A stretch of 64,000 bases of DNA from NCBI GenBank assembly GCA_032718475.1, contig JAUCBJ010006864.1:38350-102349 (forward strand), read 5' to 3'. The position numbers were made by a program, and so were the translations under genes. This document shows positions 1 through 11,035 of the stretch, in pieces; position 1 is the stretch's first letter, and each line of letters begins with the position of its first letter. Under the pieces are notes generated by a model. It was not told the DNA's origin and searched no databases. It was given only the letters and a program-made list of their open reading frames with translations. The stretch is from Nemertoderma westbladi. Lineage: Eukaryota > Animalia > Xenacoelomorpha.

Positions 1-1219
1 GTGTCATTTTGCTGCAAATGTACTGTATGAGCCTTGTTTTATACTACAGTATTAACATATACTCTAGCTGCAATTTTTAACATACGAGTTGGCCTATCCT
101 CATCCTGAACATAAAATGCAATCATGGAATGCTGTTTAGAGAATATCTCTATATACTGTTGCATTCCATGAGGAAAAATATGTGTAAAAAGGAAATCTTC
201 GCGTTACAGGTGGTGTACATTGTACATCCGCAGTGAATGACTGCTAGGCAAGTGGCGCAGCGCGGCGAGTGTGTACAGGTGAACATTAACTACAGTACCG
301 CAGTCGCACTGCAGTAACTACAATTAGGCCTAAACACTCTGACTGTACTGTTGGACTGACTGACTGTACTTATAGTGTTTTGCCATCATTGGATTACCCC
401 TATAACGAATCAACAGAGACATGGTATTAAATTACTTTTAGGCTCGAAAATGGGTCGAAATTATCGGATTTTATTAATTATAACATGTAAAGTGTGCCTT
501 CAAATAATACCGATCTCACAATAAAACAATAATAGTTCACATATTCCCTCTCTATCCATTTTTAATTAGCACCAGCTGGTGTTTTTATCATTGCGCCTAC
601 ATATGGTGGTTTTTCGTTTATGTTTATTTTCCGATCCCTGGTCGAAATATTGACACAAAGCATGCGATCTTAGAATCGCGGTATCCATCCACTGTGAAAA
701 TTTCATCGAAATCATTAGAGCGGCTTTGGCTTGAGATCAGTCGGTCTGAGGCTCCATTTCGCATGAGGACGATACATTTTTACAGTAAGTAGGCCTAAGA
801 CACTTTCAAAGGGGTTGGGTCAATCAATATGGCAAATACTGTGTATTTTGATATGCTAATAACTTAGTCGGATTTACAGCTGTCGAGTTGAACATTAGTA
901 GGCATCAATAAGACAAAAAGTTTACATTTTTAAGACTTTCAGGCACCATCAGTACCACAGTATCCCGATAGAGGGATACATATGTCTAAACATTAAATGT
1001 TCCCCCATTTCATTGCATTTAATTCGATCAAACTGAAACTGGGTAGATTTGTACTAGACAATTAGCTGTGTCTTTCACAGGAGGCTAAAGGCTACACCTA
1101 CAGTTCGTCATGTATGTGGCAATAAAAAAAGGCTCTATCTCAAAGTTTTGAAAAAATTGATGACCTGCCTAATTACCATTGCGTCCATTCATTAAAGCCC
1201 ATTGTACTGTAATTATGGC

Positions 1220-1781
1220 CTAAAGCGGTTAATCTTTTCGTGAATCGTTTAACCATTTCCAATTAACCGGTTAAAAAGTAGAAATGCTTGTTTTAGGTTG
1301 AAAAATAAGTATGAATTAGGCCTACCTAGACCTACAACTACAACTACAACTGTATGGTGCAATGGTGCAACATACATACTACAGTACGGTACATACTGTA
1401 GTATGAAACTGAAAGTTATAATGCTGACAGTCCCCAAAGCTACAGTACCGGTATGTAGGCCTATATTTATTATGTAAGCTAAGCTAAGAGGTTTACGTCC
1501 CAACTTGCAATACTGTTAAGTACGTCTCTATTGCTCTATTGTGATTGAGCCACCAGTACTATAATGTATGTAGGTCTATACTGTACTGTAGTCCTACAGC
1601 TGCATACAGTACAAAATGAATTTCTGAAACTTCACAATGGGTAATACTGTACACATTAAAATGGTAACATACAGGTAATAAAACTGGTAACAGAACCTGA
1701 AAACCTCAAAATGGGACATTAATTTCTAATTAATTTCTAAGCAGTTAGTTTGAATTAACCGGTTAACCGCTTCATGCTCTA
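1220..1781. mobile_element. Degenerate DNA transposon remnant (hAT-like right end)
   Basis: Ends AACCGGTTAACCGCTTCATGCTCTA, whose reverse complement starts TAGAG. AACCGGTT subterminal motifs also occur near 1225-1275. No clean left TIR or TSD was found. Confidence 0.3.
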
Positions 1782-1799
1782 TAACTGTACTACTCTGAA

Positions 1800-2124
1800 C
1801 TAAGACGAATTGTTGGGATGTACAGTAATACTTTTATCGTCGTTACATTCCAGAATTTAGTCTAATTATAAACCCACTCCAGGAATTACTCAATTCTACC
1901 CAACCATCAAAACATGCCAAAAACCAATGAGTGGAGAACAATACACGACGAAGCATATAACAAGCTGAAAGAAGCTCTCACAAATGCTGTCACATTGCAC
2001 TATCCTTCTCTGGATGATTGTAACCTTTCCCTGTCCCTCACATCGGATGCATCGGAAGTCGCAATTGGCGCCGCCCTACATGAGGTGGCCGGTGCCGATA
2101 AGTCTATTCCATTAGCATTCTATT
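1800..2124 (+). pseudogene. Gypsy/Ty3 pol fragment 1 (end of RT, connection, start of RNase H)
   Basis: Reads FYRRYIPEFS...LKEALTNAVTL...LTSDASEVAIGAALHE...PLAFY. It breaks at a LINE tail. Confidence 0.9.
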
Positions 2125-4572
2125 TATTTATTTTATTTATTTATTCCTTTATTTCAAACCAAACAAGGTTCATAGTAAAAACAATACACCGATCAGACAA
2201 TATAGTTTACACGATACAGTACTAAATTATGAAAATGAATATTTAATAGCACAATATTTAGATATTAATCGTAAAGTAGGGACAGGTCATTCATGGCCCT
2301 AATTCTAGATTCTGTGCAACATGTGCGAATCACATTAATAATGCTATTGGTACTGGTATCCAAGCGCCGTGATAGGCTCTCAATAGCATTGGCTCTAATA
2401 TGTACAAAGGATGGTAATCCAAGTAAGCTGCAGGTTAGCGACATACTTGTGGGAGTTGTGTCGTTAGCCATTCTCGGAATTTTAAAAAGCATTCGAATGC
2501 TACTATTATATGCAGTGCGCAATTTGTTGTGGACAGACATAGAATAGTTCGCTCTAGCCCACAGCGCGTTGCCATAAACATTAGTACAATAGGAACGAAA
2601 AAGACGTATTTTTACATTCCTAGCACAATTACCAAAATTCCTAACCAAGTAGTTTGCTCTTGCATACAACGCACAAGTCTGGCGCTTTACATCATAATCA
2701 TCGTCAGTAGACGAGTGGATTACGTGGCCAAGAAATACAATTTTATCTACAATATCAATAGGAGTGCCTAATAAGTACACATTACCAAATATAGACTTGC
2801 TACAGCATTTCGGGATAAAATATATACATTTTGTCTTTTTTAAATTAAACTTAATTGAGAATAGGTCAGCATAATCCATACATATATTTAGTAGTTGTTG
2901 TAAACCAAACATAGTATTGGATAGCAGTGACAAATCGTCCGCATATCCTACGTGATTGATCCTTCTACCGTTAATAGAGCAACCAAAATTGCACCGATTT
3001 AAAGCTGCACTTAAATCATCCATATATACGTTAAATAAATATGGGCTCAGGATCCCCCCTTGTTTTGTACCATTGGTGACATGAAATTTACTCGAACTAA
3101 ATTTACCCCACGAAACAAACAGTAATTGGTTACGATACCAAAAGCATATTATTCTAACAAAAATAACCGGTACACCCCTAGTAATTAATTTAGAAAATAG
3201 TAAATAATGATTACATCGATCAAATGCCTTGCTGGCATCCAACATACAAGTAAATACCGGGCTATTATTTTGTAAATAAAAATTTACTGTCTCCTTAAAA
3301 GCGAGGATACACAGTTCAGTGCCCGATTTCGGTTTGAAACCAAACTGATTGTCTGTAGTATCTAAGTATCTACTTACATTAGAAAGTATCAGCCTCTCAA
3401 ATAGTTTGGAGAATACAGTTGAGATTGCAATACCTCTATAATTATCACTCGAGGTGATATCACCTGTCTTGTCCTTAATTAAAGGAAGTATCTTAGACTC
3501 AATAAGGCCCGGTGGTATATAGTCATGGCACAACATTGAATTAAATAAACAAGATAGAATGCTACACAATAACTCTGTACAGCCGTATTTAAGATGTTCC
3601 GAAGATATATCATCTGTACCTATTGCTTTACCAACGGCCAATTGGCTAATAGAGTTAAAAATATCCTCTTTACAAAATGTATAATCATTAACGGAGGGAA
3701 TACTTTCAAATTGACTCTCAACAAAAACTCGGCTAGTGTCAGGAAGGTCACAGTTATATAACTTGAAAAAATGATCCTTCCAGAGGTTTCCTATTTGCTC
3801 TTCGCCTACGGCTTCCCCGACCTTGTTAGGGAGAGGGCTCTGGTTGGTCGATACTTTATGTACCTGAGACCAAAACTTAGTGCTACCAGCAGTGGAGTCT
3901 AACATCGCGTCAGCCAGTTTGCCATCACGTATCTCCCGTTCGCGACGCTTAACCTGTCGTAAGACACGCTTAAACCGCGCTTTTGATGTTAGGTACTGCT
4001 GGTAGGCGGCACCTTGTCTAGGCGAGCCCTGGGATCGCCATAAACGAAAAGATAGGTGAGCCTCATTATGGAAAGAATCAACATAGTCATTCCATCCAGG
4101 TATCTGTTTATCTGCAGATCCCGTTGCACCTTTATGTATCACAGTTGGTATAGTCCTATCAGCAGCTACTTTAAGCGCCTCGCAAACTGCGATATATAAT
4201 TTTTCAATTGCACCACTATGACATTCATTTGCACATTTGGTATTATTGCAACGATTTAATATATCAATTAGTTCATCTACGTTATTATTTATTAATAAAT
4301 TATCTATTAATCTGTGATAATAAGTAATATTGTCAGGGGAGGCTTTACTCCAATTCAAACTCGATTTGGTTGTACCACTATTTGTACTGCTGCTATTAGC
4401 ACCTATTGAAATATTAATATGAATATTAAAACGTATGGGCTTGTGGTCAAGTAATACAGCACTATAGTCTATAAAAAAGTTATTTACAGCACCTGTAAGG
4501 CCGGCCGTACAAACAACGTGGTCTAACCACGAAGTCGTACCATGAGCACCACTAACGAAAGTATACGAGTTA
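2125..4572 (-). mobile_element. 5'-truncated LINE (APE end + RT), young, inserted in the Gypsy RNase H
   Basis: (TAAA)n-like tail at 2125-2150 and TSD TCTATT at 2119-2124 and 4573-4578. Removing it restores Gypsy PLAF-YSRKL. Confidence 0.92.
2265..4571 (-). CDS. LINE ORF2, 5'-truncated (endonuclease C-terminus + reverse transcriptase); clade uncertain
   Basis: The frame stays open upstream of the listed ORF to 4571 (YTFVS..TSWLDHV..DHKPI). RT motifs NYRGI, QFGF, LDASKAFD, GTKQGGILSP and YADD are present, with no internal stops. Confidence 0.9.
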   Translation of the reverse strand, partial: NSYTFVSGAHGTTSWLDHVVCTAGLTGAVNNFFIDYSAVLLDHKPIRFNIHINISIGANSSSTNSGTTKSSLNWSKASPDNITYYHRLIDNLLINNNVDELIDILNRCNNTKCANECHSGAIEKLYIAVCEALKVAADRTIPTVIHKGATGSADKQIPGWNDYVDSFHNEAHLSFRLWRSQGSPRQGAAYQQYLTSKARFKRVLRQVKRREREIRDGKLADAMLDSTAGSTKFWSQVHKVSTNQSPLPNKVGEAVGEEQIGNLWKDHFFKLYNCDLPDTSRVFVESQFESIPSVNDYTFCKEDIFNSISQLAVGKAIGTDDISSEHLKYGCTELLCSILSCLFNSMLCHDYIPPGLIESKILPLIKDKTGDITSSDNYRGIAISTVFSKLFERLILSNVSRYLDTTDNQFGFKPKSGTELCILAFKETVNFYLQNNSPVFTCMLDASKAFDRCNHYLLFSKLITRGVPVIFVRIICFWYRNQLLFVSWGKFSSSKFHVTNGTKQGGILSPYLFNVYMDDLSAALNRCNFGCSINGRRINHVGYADDLSLLSNTMFGLQQLLNICMDYADLFSIKFNLKKTKCIYFIPKCCSKSIFGNVYLLGTPIDIVDKIVFLGHVIHSSTDDDYDVKRQTCALYARANYLVRNFGNCARNVKIRLFRSYCTNVYGNALWARANYSMSVHNKLRTAYNSSIRMLFKIPRMANDTTPTSMSLTCSLLGLPSFVHIRANAIESLSRRLDTSTNSIINVIRTCCTESRIRAMNDLSLLYD

Positions 4573-4990
4573 TCTATTCACGGAAACTCACTAAGAATGA
4601 ATCAACATGGTCTACATACGATAGGGAACTCCTTGCAGCTTTATGAAGCAACCATAAATCTCCAGAACGCCTTGGAAGGAAAACATGTGACATTATATAC
4701 CGACCATAAACCCCTCGTTTCAGCATTTTACAAACAAACCACTGTTTCACCACGACAACAGCGACAGCTTTCATTCCTCTCAGAATTTTTCGACTGTGTC
4801 TTATACATTCCTGGGAAATCCAACATTGTTGCTGATACTCTATCCCGGCAAGCCTCGTCGACCCATGTGGACATTTTTGGTTTAGATGAGATTGCAGTCA
4901 CTCAAGCTGAGCAGACAGATCCTCTAGATGAAGCTACCTCATTCCAGATAAAAAAAATTCCCCAGGACCTCTGGCCTTGACCTAACTTGT
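4573..4990 (+). pseudogene. Gypsy pol fragment 2 (RNase H)
   Basis: Reads YSRKL...STYDRELLA, then after a frameshift LYTDHKPL...RQQRQLSFLSEF...YIPGKSNIVADTLSR. Confidence 0.9.
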
Positions 4991-5470
4991 TGTAAAGGCT
5001 TTTGCGGGATTAGCTAGTCATTTTTTCCCCGCAAAGTACTCTGTAGATGTTTTGAAGGACATAAAAGTCGTTTCCTTACTGTACCGGTATTTTAGTGGAC
5101 ATAAAAAGCTATTTTTCTGTATGTGTACTTTGGCGGACACAACTAGCAATCCTATGTCGCAATTAGGGTTCAACAGAAGGCACTTTATGGGGCCGAACCG
5201 AACCGAACCGAAGCAGGGACAACTTCGGGCCGAACCGAACCGAATCCGAACCGAAGTTCAGAAAGTTAGCAAATTGTGGTCATAAATTCGTATTTACGAC
5301 ACTATACTGGCAGTGGCAGTGGCAGACTGTTACCTATTTGGTCTGCTGACTTAGCGAGAAAGCTATGATTAATTAAAAAAATAAATACTACAAAATAAAA
5401 TGGCAATATTTACATTACTATACATTACTAACCTAAACTACTGTATACTTACTGTATGCATGCACTTACT

Positions 5471-6457
5471 TATTTTTTTTTTTCATTTCATTTTTATTCC
5501 AGACATTGAATTATACAATATATTATTACATTATTTTAGTAAAACATTATATAATACCCGTCCATATCATTTATAAAATTGAGCACAATTATTGAATTAT
5601 TAAATACATACTGCTACCTACACTACGGAAAAATAATTTACCAGAGCCTAATATTTAAACATATTGGTGGGACCGTATTATTGACACACTTCGAAAATTC
5701 TAGACACCATATGGCAATTATTACTTATTGACTTCAATACATTATTATCAGTTTTTTTCCAACCGATGGAGCAGACTAGTGTTAGCTTTATAGATATTAT
5801 CACTGAACAGTGGTAGTTTTAACTGATGTAGTGAGAGCGAAATACTTGTCGTCTCGCCGTTTGTCATTCTTGGAATCTTAAATAACTGCCTAGCAGCGTT
5901 ATTGTATGCTACGGAAATCTTATTATATATGCTATTTGAATAGTTGCGGCGAGACCACAAAGCACAGCAATAAACCTGAGTACAATATGCACGAAATAAA
6001 CAAAGCTTTATAGCTGTCGAGCAGCTACCGAATTTACGCACAATAATGTTTGCACGAGCATAAAGAGAACCCATCTGGGCCTTTATATCTTGTGTATCAT
6101 CAGTACTACTGCACAAAATATGTCCTAAATATGATAATTTATCAACAATATCGATTTCTTTACCGTATAACAACACTTTTGCAACTGATGTATTTTTAAA
6201 GCACTTTGGAATAAAATATAAACACTTTGTTTTCTTTGTATTGAATAAAATCGAATTTTGATTAGCATGTGATACGGCCTTATTAATTAATATTTGTAAT
6301 CCTACAATAGAGTTTGACATTAAACATAAATCATCGGCATACAGTATATTATTAATTCTAGAATTACCAATCATACACCCGACACCTGTGTCTGAAAGGT
6401 CGGTGCTCAGATCATCAAAATATACGATAAACAAAATCGGTGAAAATAAAACGAAAA
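5471..6457 (-). mobile_element. LINE 3' fragment (RT C-terminal half) nested in the hAT
   Basis: ORF 5748-6434 has YADD and LYARANIIVRKFGSC..LFRAYC, related to the LINE at 2125-4572. A-rich tail at 5471-5498 and a candidate TSD ACTTACT. Confidence 0.85.
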
Positions 6458-6548
6458 ACTTACTGTATGCACCACATTTTCACCCGTAGTAAGCCGTACA
6501 GTAGTAAAATCAAATTTAGAAAACCTCACTAAAAGTACAGGTACAGTC

Positions 6549-6686
6549 GGACAGTGGTGCAGACAGTGGTGCAGACACTGGTGCAGACACTGGTGCAGAC
6601 AGTGGTGCAGACAGTGGTGCAGACAGTGGTGCAGACACTGGTGCAGACAGTAGTGCAGACACTGGTGCAGACACTGGTGCAGACAC
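6549..6686 (+). repeat. 12-bp minisatellite (GTGCAGACAGTG/CTG)n, left arm
   Basis: About 11 units. It is inverted relative to 7368-7566. Confidence 0.9.
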
Positions 6687-7367
6687 CTGGTGAAAATACT
6701 GAAATACCAGAGTACCACAAAACACAATACCACCAGGCACTATTATATTATATTTTATCATAGACTTTATTATCTACAAATATGCGAGTAACTACTGAAA
6801 GGTTCTACATGAAGTAGGGAGGACGTATGTAGTACAAGTCGGGGTGCGTGCGGGTGAATGTGCCCTGATTACAAATAATTAAAAGAGGTGTGTACGAAAG
6901 TAATTAATCGGTATTCCCGTATTCATATAAACAATAATGTCTATAAATTGTAAGCAGCAATGTCTCCAAGGAATGAGTTTTAAGCGACAGTGTTTGATTG
7001 TTTTTACATGACCTACTTTATACAGAGTATGTTTAATTTGTTTACCTTTACGGGAGCCACTGCTTATTACTGTATAATAAAACGAGCTCATTAAGTTATT
7101 TTCTCGTGCTGGGCAGCTGGGGATATACATTCACTAACTCCAGTAAGGTCTCAGGAATTCTTAGCCCGCGAGTATTCTTGGCTTGCGAGTATTCTTGGGT
7201 ATACTTAGCCCGCAAAACAATAACGTTTATTGTTTTGGTTCCCCCAATACTCCTCTGAAACTGTGAAACCTGCTCCTTTACTAAACTGCTCCTTTACTAA
7301 CCTGCTCCTTTACTAAACTGCTCCTTTACTAACCTGCTCGCCCCTTTACTGTCTGTACCAGTCTGCC

Positions 7368-7566
7368 AGTGTCTGCACCACTGTCTGCAGCAGTCAGCAG
7401 TGTCTGCACCAGTGTTGCACCCTGTCTGCACCACTGTCTGCACCACTGTCTGCACCAATGTCTGCACCACTGTCTGCACCAGTGCGTGCACCACTGTCTG
7501 CACCATAGGTGTCTGCATCACTGTCTGCACCATTGTCTGCACCACTGTCTGCTCTGCACCAGTGTC
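7368..7566 (-). repeat. 12-bp minisatellite (CACTGTCTGCAC)n, right inverted arm
   Basis: Reverse complement of the 6549-6686 unit, more degenerate. Confidence 0.88.
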
Positions 7567-8830
7567 TGCTTAACGTTTACACTCCAAAATTAATTAGTAC
7601 AACGATGGACAGATTGATTAGTCTTACTGTCTTCTGGTCTTAGCTCAATCAGTCAATGTAATACTTGGAATATTTAGCAAAGTTTGCTCCGGGCTTCTGC
7701 AGTATCAATTGCAGAAGCCGAACCGAACCAAAATTGCCAAACTTCGGCCCGAACCGAACCGAAGCCGAAGCTTCTGTTGAGCCCTAGTCGCAATATGCCA
7801 TAATACTCTCTACACAGAGTAGTTCAGATTACGACATCTATCAGCTGATTTGGTGTACTCGTGGAAGTTTCTTTGTTCAGGCCCACTCTGTGCAATCACT
7901 CAACCAATCAGAGCGATTCTCTTGCTTTTTGTACAGAAACCTCCGAGAAATCGCGCAATGCATTACGGTTTATGTTTACCTTTTTTCCTGACGCCACGAA
8001 CATCGGCTGTGGAATAATTCTGTGTTTCAGACTTTAGCCAAACATTAGAACGGCTTGATTACAGGAACATATAACTGTTACCAGTACGGTACCGGTACCT
8101 TACGGTACCACCGTGCACTCAATGCATTATGGCCTTTCACCGCATTATTTTACTGCTATTTACTGTCGGTTATTAATTGTATCAGTTGATGGAATATTAT
8201 TGTTTTTTGGATAATATCGAGAAAGAATCATAAAAACCCCATCTTCTTGATATACTGAAGGTAAGAGACAGGTTACATATAGCAATTGCGACTCATATTA
8301 TATTGGTTTTGGAGTGAATCTAATGCTATTTCATAAGCACTACATGGGTCAATTGCTGTTCTCTTTATATGTGACTAAAATTAGTAAAGGTCGGCAGATT
8401 GGTGTGCAGTATTGTGCGATAGAGTGCATGGTTTGCCTGGTAACTAAGCATCTCCTAAAGAATGCGCCTTATACGTGAATCATAAGCCATACCGTTGTGT
8501 TTAGTATAAGTCATAACTCTGTTTACATAATTAGAGCGCAACGTCCTAAAGGAACTGTTAATATTTCCCAAAAGTGAATAATATTTGTCAGAGATTATAT
8601 ATTAACGATCAATCGAATAATACAGTAGGCTTACAACGCAATAAGGTCAAGTCTTCCGAATCCAGTCTCCCGGGTATATCCAACGGGTGAATGGTCGCGC
8701 ACTAGGCTGGCTTCGGCTAATGTAGTGTTTATTTGTATCAAATACTTGTCATAGGCTAAAGTCGATTTATAATCTAAAAGACATATAAATTTGGCAGGTT
8801 AAACTGCTAAAGGTCTTAAAAGCGCGAACA

Positions 8831-8841
8831 GTAACAGTTAT
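8831..8841 (+). promoter_or_regulatory. Atypical primer-binding position GTAACAGTTAT, complementary to LTR-internal ATAACTGTTAC (8071-8081)
   Basis: No TGG follows the LTR. A perfect 11-nt complement is present in both LTRs. Confidence 0.55.
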
Positions 8842-9110
8842 TGCTTCTTTATTGCGGCGTAAGCAATAAAGCTGAAGTACCGGTCGACCGGTAACCTGTA
8901 GGCCTAACTACCTAACCACCGGAACCGGTACTTACAACAGTACCGTACATCAGTATTATTTCGATTGTGATATATTGTATATTGTAGGCTGTTAGGGGAT
9001 TAGGGATTGATCACCCCTTACTCCTTTGTATGGTTTACTTATTTCTGTCAGTTTTATTTACGTGTAAGTTAATATTGAGCAGAAGACGTGTAAGCCTGCT
9101 CAGATTGTAC

Positions 9111-9685
9111 AGATAATTTGTAGGCTGGACTGTTGTCTGACTGTTGTTAGGTCTGAAGACATTGCGGTGTGTGTAGAGTGTATGTCCGATAAAGTGCCGG
9201 TTAGGAATGTAGGGGCTTCCAGTGCTGTGAGGTAAACCCCCTCGAAAGAATAAGTCGTACTACTCGGTTAGAACGCATACTAACTAACCATTTCGGAGTC
9301 TGCATATACTGTAGTTTATTTAGGCCTGATAGTAGTCTGCCAGCGTTTGGTTTGTATTTTGTTTGTGTAGTCTGTACAGGTAGTGTAATATTTCTTATTT
9401 AGATAATTTGTAGGCTGGATTGTTGTCTGGCTGTTGTTAGGTCTGAAGAGATTGTGGTGTGTGTAGAGTGTATGTCCGATAAAGTGCCGGTTAGGAAAGT
9501 AGGGGCTTCCAGTGCTGTGAGGTAAACCCCCTCGAAAGAATAAGTCGTACTACTCGGTTAGAACGCATACTAACTAACCATTTCGGAGTCTGCATATACC
9601 GTAGTTTGTTTAGGCTTGATAGTAGTCTGTCAGTATTTGATCTGCATTTTGTTTGAGTAGTCTGTACGCGTAGCGTAATATTTAT
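9111..9685 (+). repeat. 290-bp tandem duplication in the BEL 5' leader
   Basis: AGATAATTTGTAGGCTGG starts at 9111 and at 9401, and the copies are highly similar. Confidence 0.9.
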
Positions 9686-11035
9686 TAATCAGAGTTTATG
9701 CGATTATTCGCAACATTCATATCCCCAAGTTTATTCCTACAGTAATTCAGTAATTGTGCTTGTTATATATACCGTTATAGTTAAATTAACACCGGTACTA
9801 CATCAGGGCTGCTTGGCGTAGGTAAAGACTGGAGATTTTGTGCTTTGGTCACTCCAGCAGATACCGTGGTTCTTTTAGCTGTTCAAGTATTTTTAACTAC
9901 TGATTATTTGTTGTATAAGTACTAGTACCTAATTTAGGGTTTAGTGTACAGTGCTTTCCGAAGGTGATTAGTGTGTAGGCAGTATATTTGTGTTGTAAAG
10001 TGGTTAATAGGCACGTTGGTTCTGGTAGACCGCGGTAATTAAATTCTAGGTAGGAACACTCCGTGATACATAACGTAGTACTTATAGCGATACGGCTATA
10101 AGTCGTCAGACGGTGGTATTTTCCTATCTGGACAACGCAGTATATTTACTACCGCTTAGTTATTTTCAAATACCATAGTACCCTGTCCGTTGTAATAACC
10201 AGATATTCTAACCCTTTGTTAGGCTGGTTTGTAGACTCCCTGTAAAATTACCCTAAAAATTCGTACTTATAATTTTTTGTGTTTATTTAGAGATTGTAAT
10301 CTCACACCGAATTGTACGTAATTTGTAGTATTAAGTAACTTAGGTAAATTATAATTATTTGTTTTAGTGTCCAACAAGTAGCACTTCACTGAGAGCGCAC
10401 AGCTTCTGTGTAGTGACTTCCCCCAGAAATAATAACATTTATTTCAAATATTGACAAAACCCATTAAACGGGTATATATATATATTATAAATCAACTCAA
10501 ACGATTTATAAATAGTAGGCCTGCCATACAATAATTAGGTCTCAATATCAGTTGGACTACTGCTCAAATAACGGTAATAAAGTAAGTAAAGTAACCAAGT
10601 AACCCCTAAAATATTCAGAAATCCAATTATTTAAAATAATTGACATACCGGTATTTACAATAGGCTTATTATATTTATTTCTATAAAATTAGGCTGAAAT
10701 TATACCGGTATTCTGTAATTAATTCTAGTCCATAATTATACTTATATACTATAAGTGTAAGCTGTATATACCGGTATTCGCGATAGGCCTATTATATATT
10801 TATATATATTTGTGCTGGAATTACATACCGGTATTCTGTGACAAACCTAGTTTGTAATAATACTTATATATACTATATGTGTATACCGGTATTCTAATAT
10901 ATTGTATAGGCCTATATATCACGTTACACTGAGTAACGGTATCGGTAATTAATCGCTAGGCTTGCAGTCATACTGAATCACTAGACTTGCTTTAACTGTA
11001 ATTATAGCAGTAGGCATTCAACTGTACAAATAAAC

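Larger units (their letters stand above)
5164..7786. mobile_element. Non-autonomous hAT DNA transposon
   Basis: TIRs TAGGGTTCAACAGAAG / CTTCTGTTGAGCCCTA match at 15 of 16 bases. 8-bp TSD GTCGCAAT at 5156-5163 and 7787-7794, with (CCGAA)n subterminal repeats. The 3' LTR shows the empty site. Confidence 0.93.
4991..8830 (+). repeat. 5' LTR (1209 bp) interrupted by a 2631-bp hAT insertion
   Basis: 4991-5163 plus 7795-8830 align to 18107-19315 with about a dozen substitutions counted by eye. Confidence 0.95.

Noticed and set aside
6407-7593. ORFs with CLHH, VQTV, CTSV and SAPV repeats resembling metal-binding or antifreeze proteins
   Set aside because: They are translations of a stop-free 12-bp minisatellite in several frames, inside a non-autonomous transposon.
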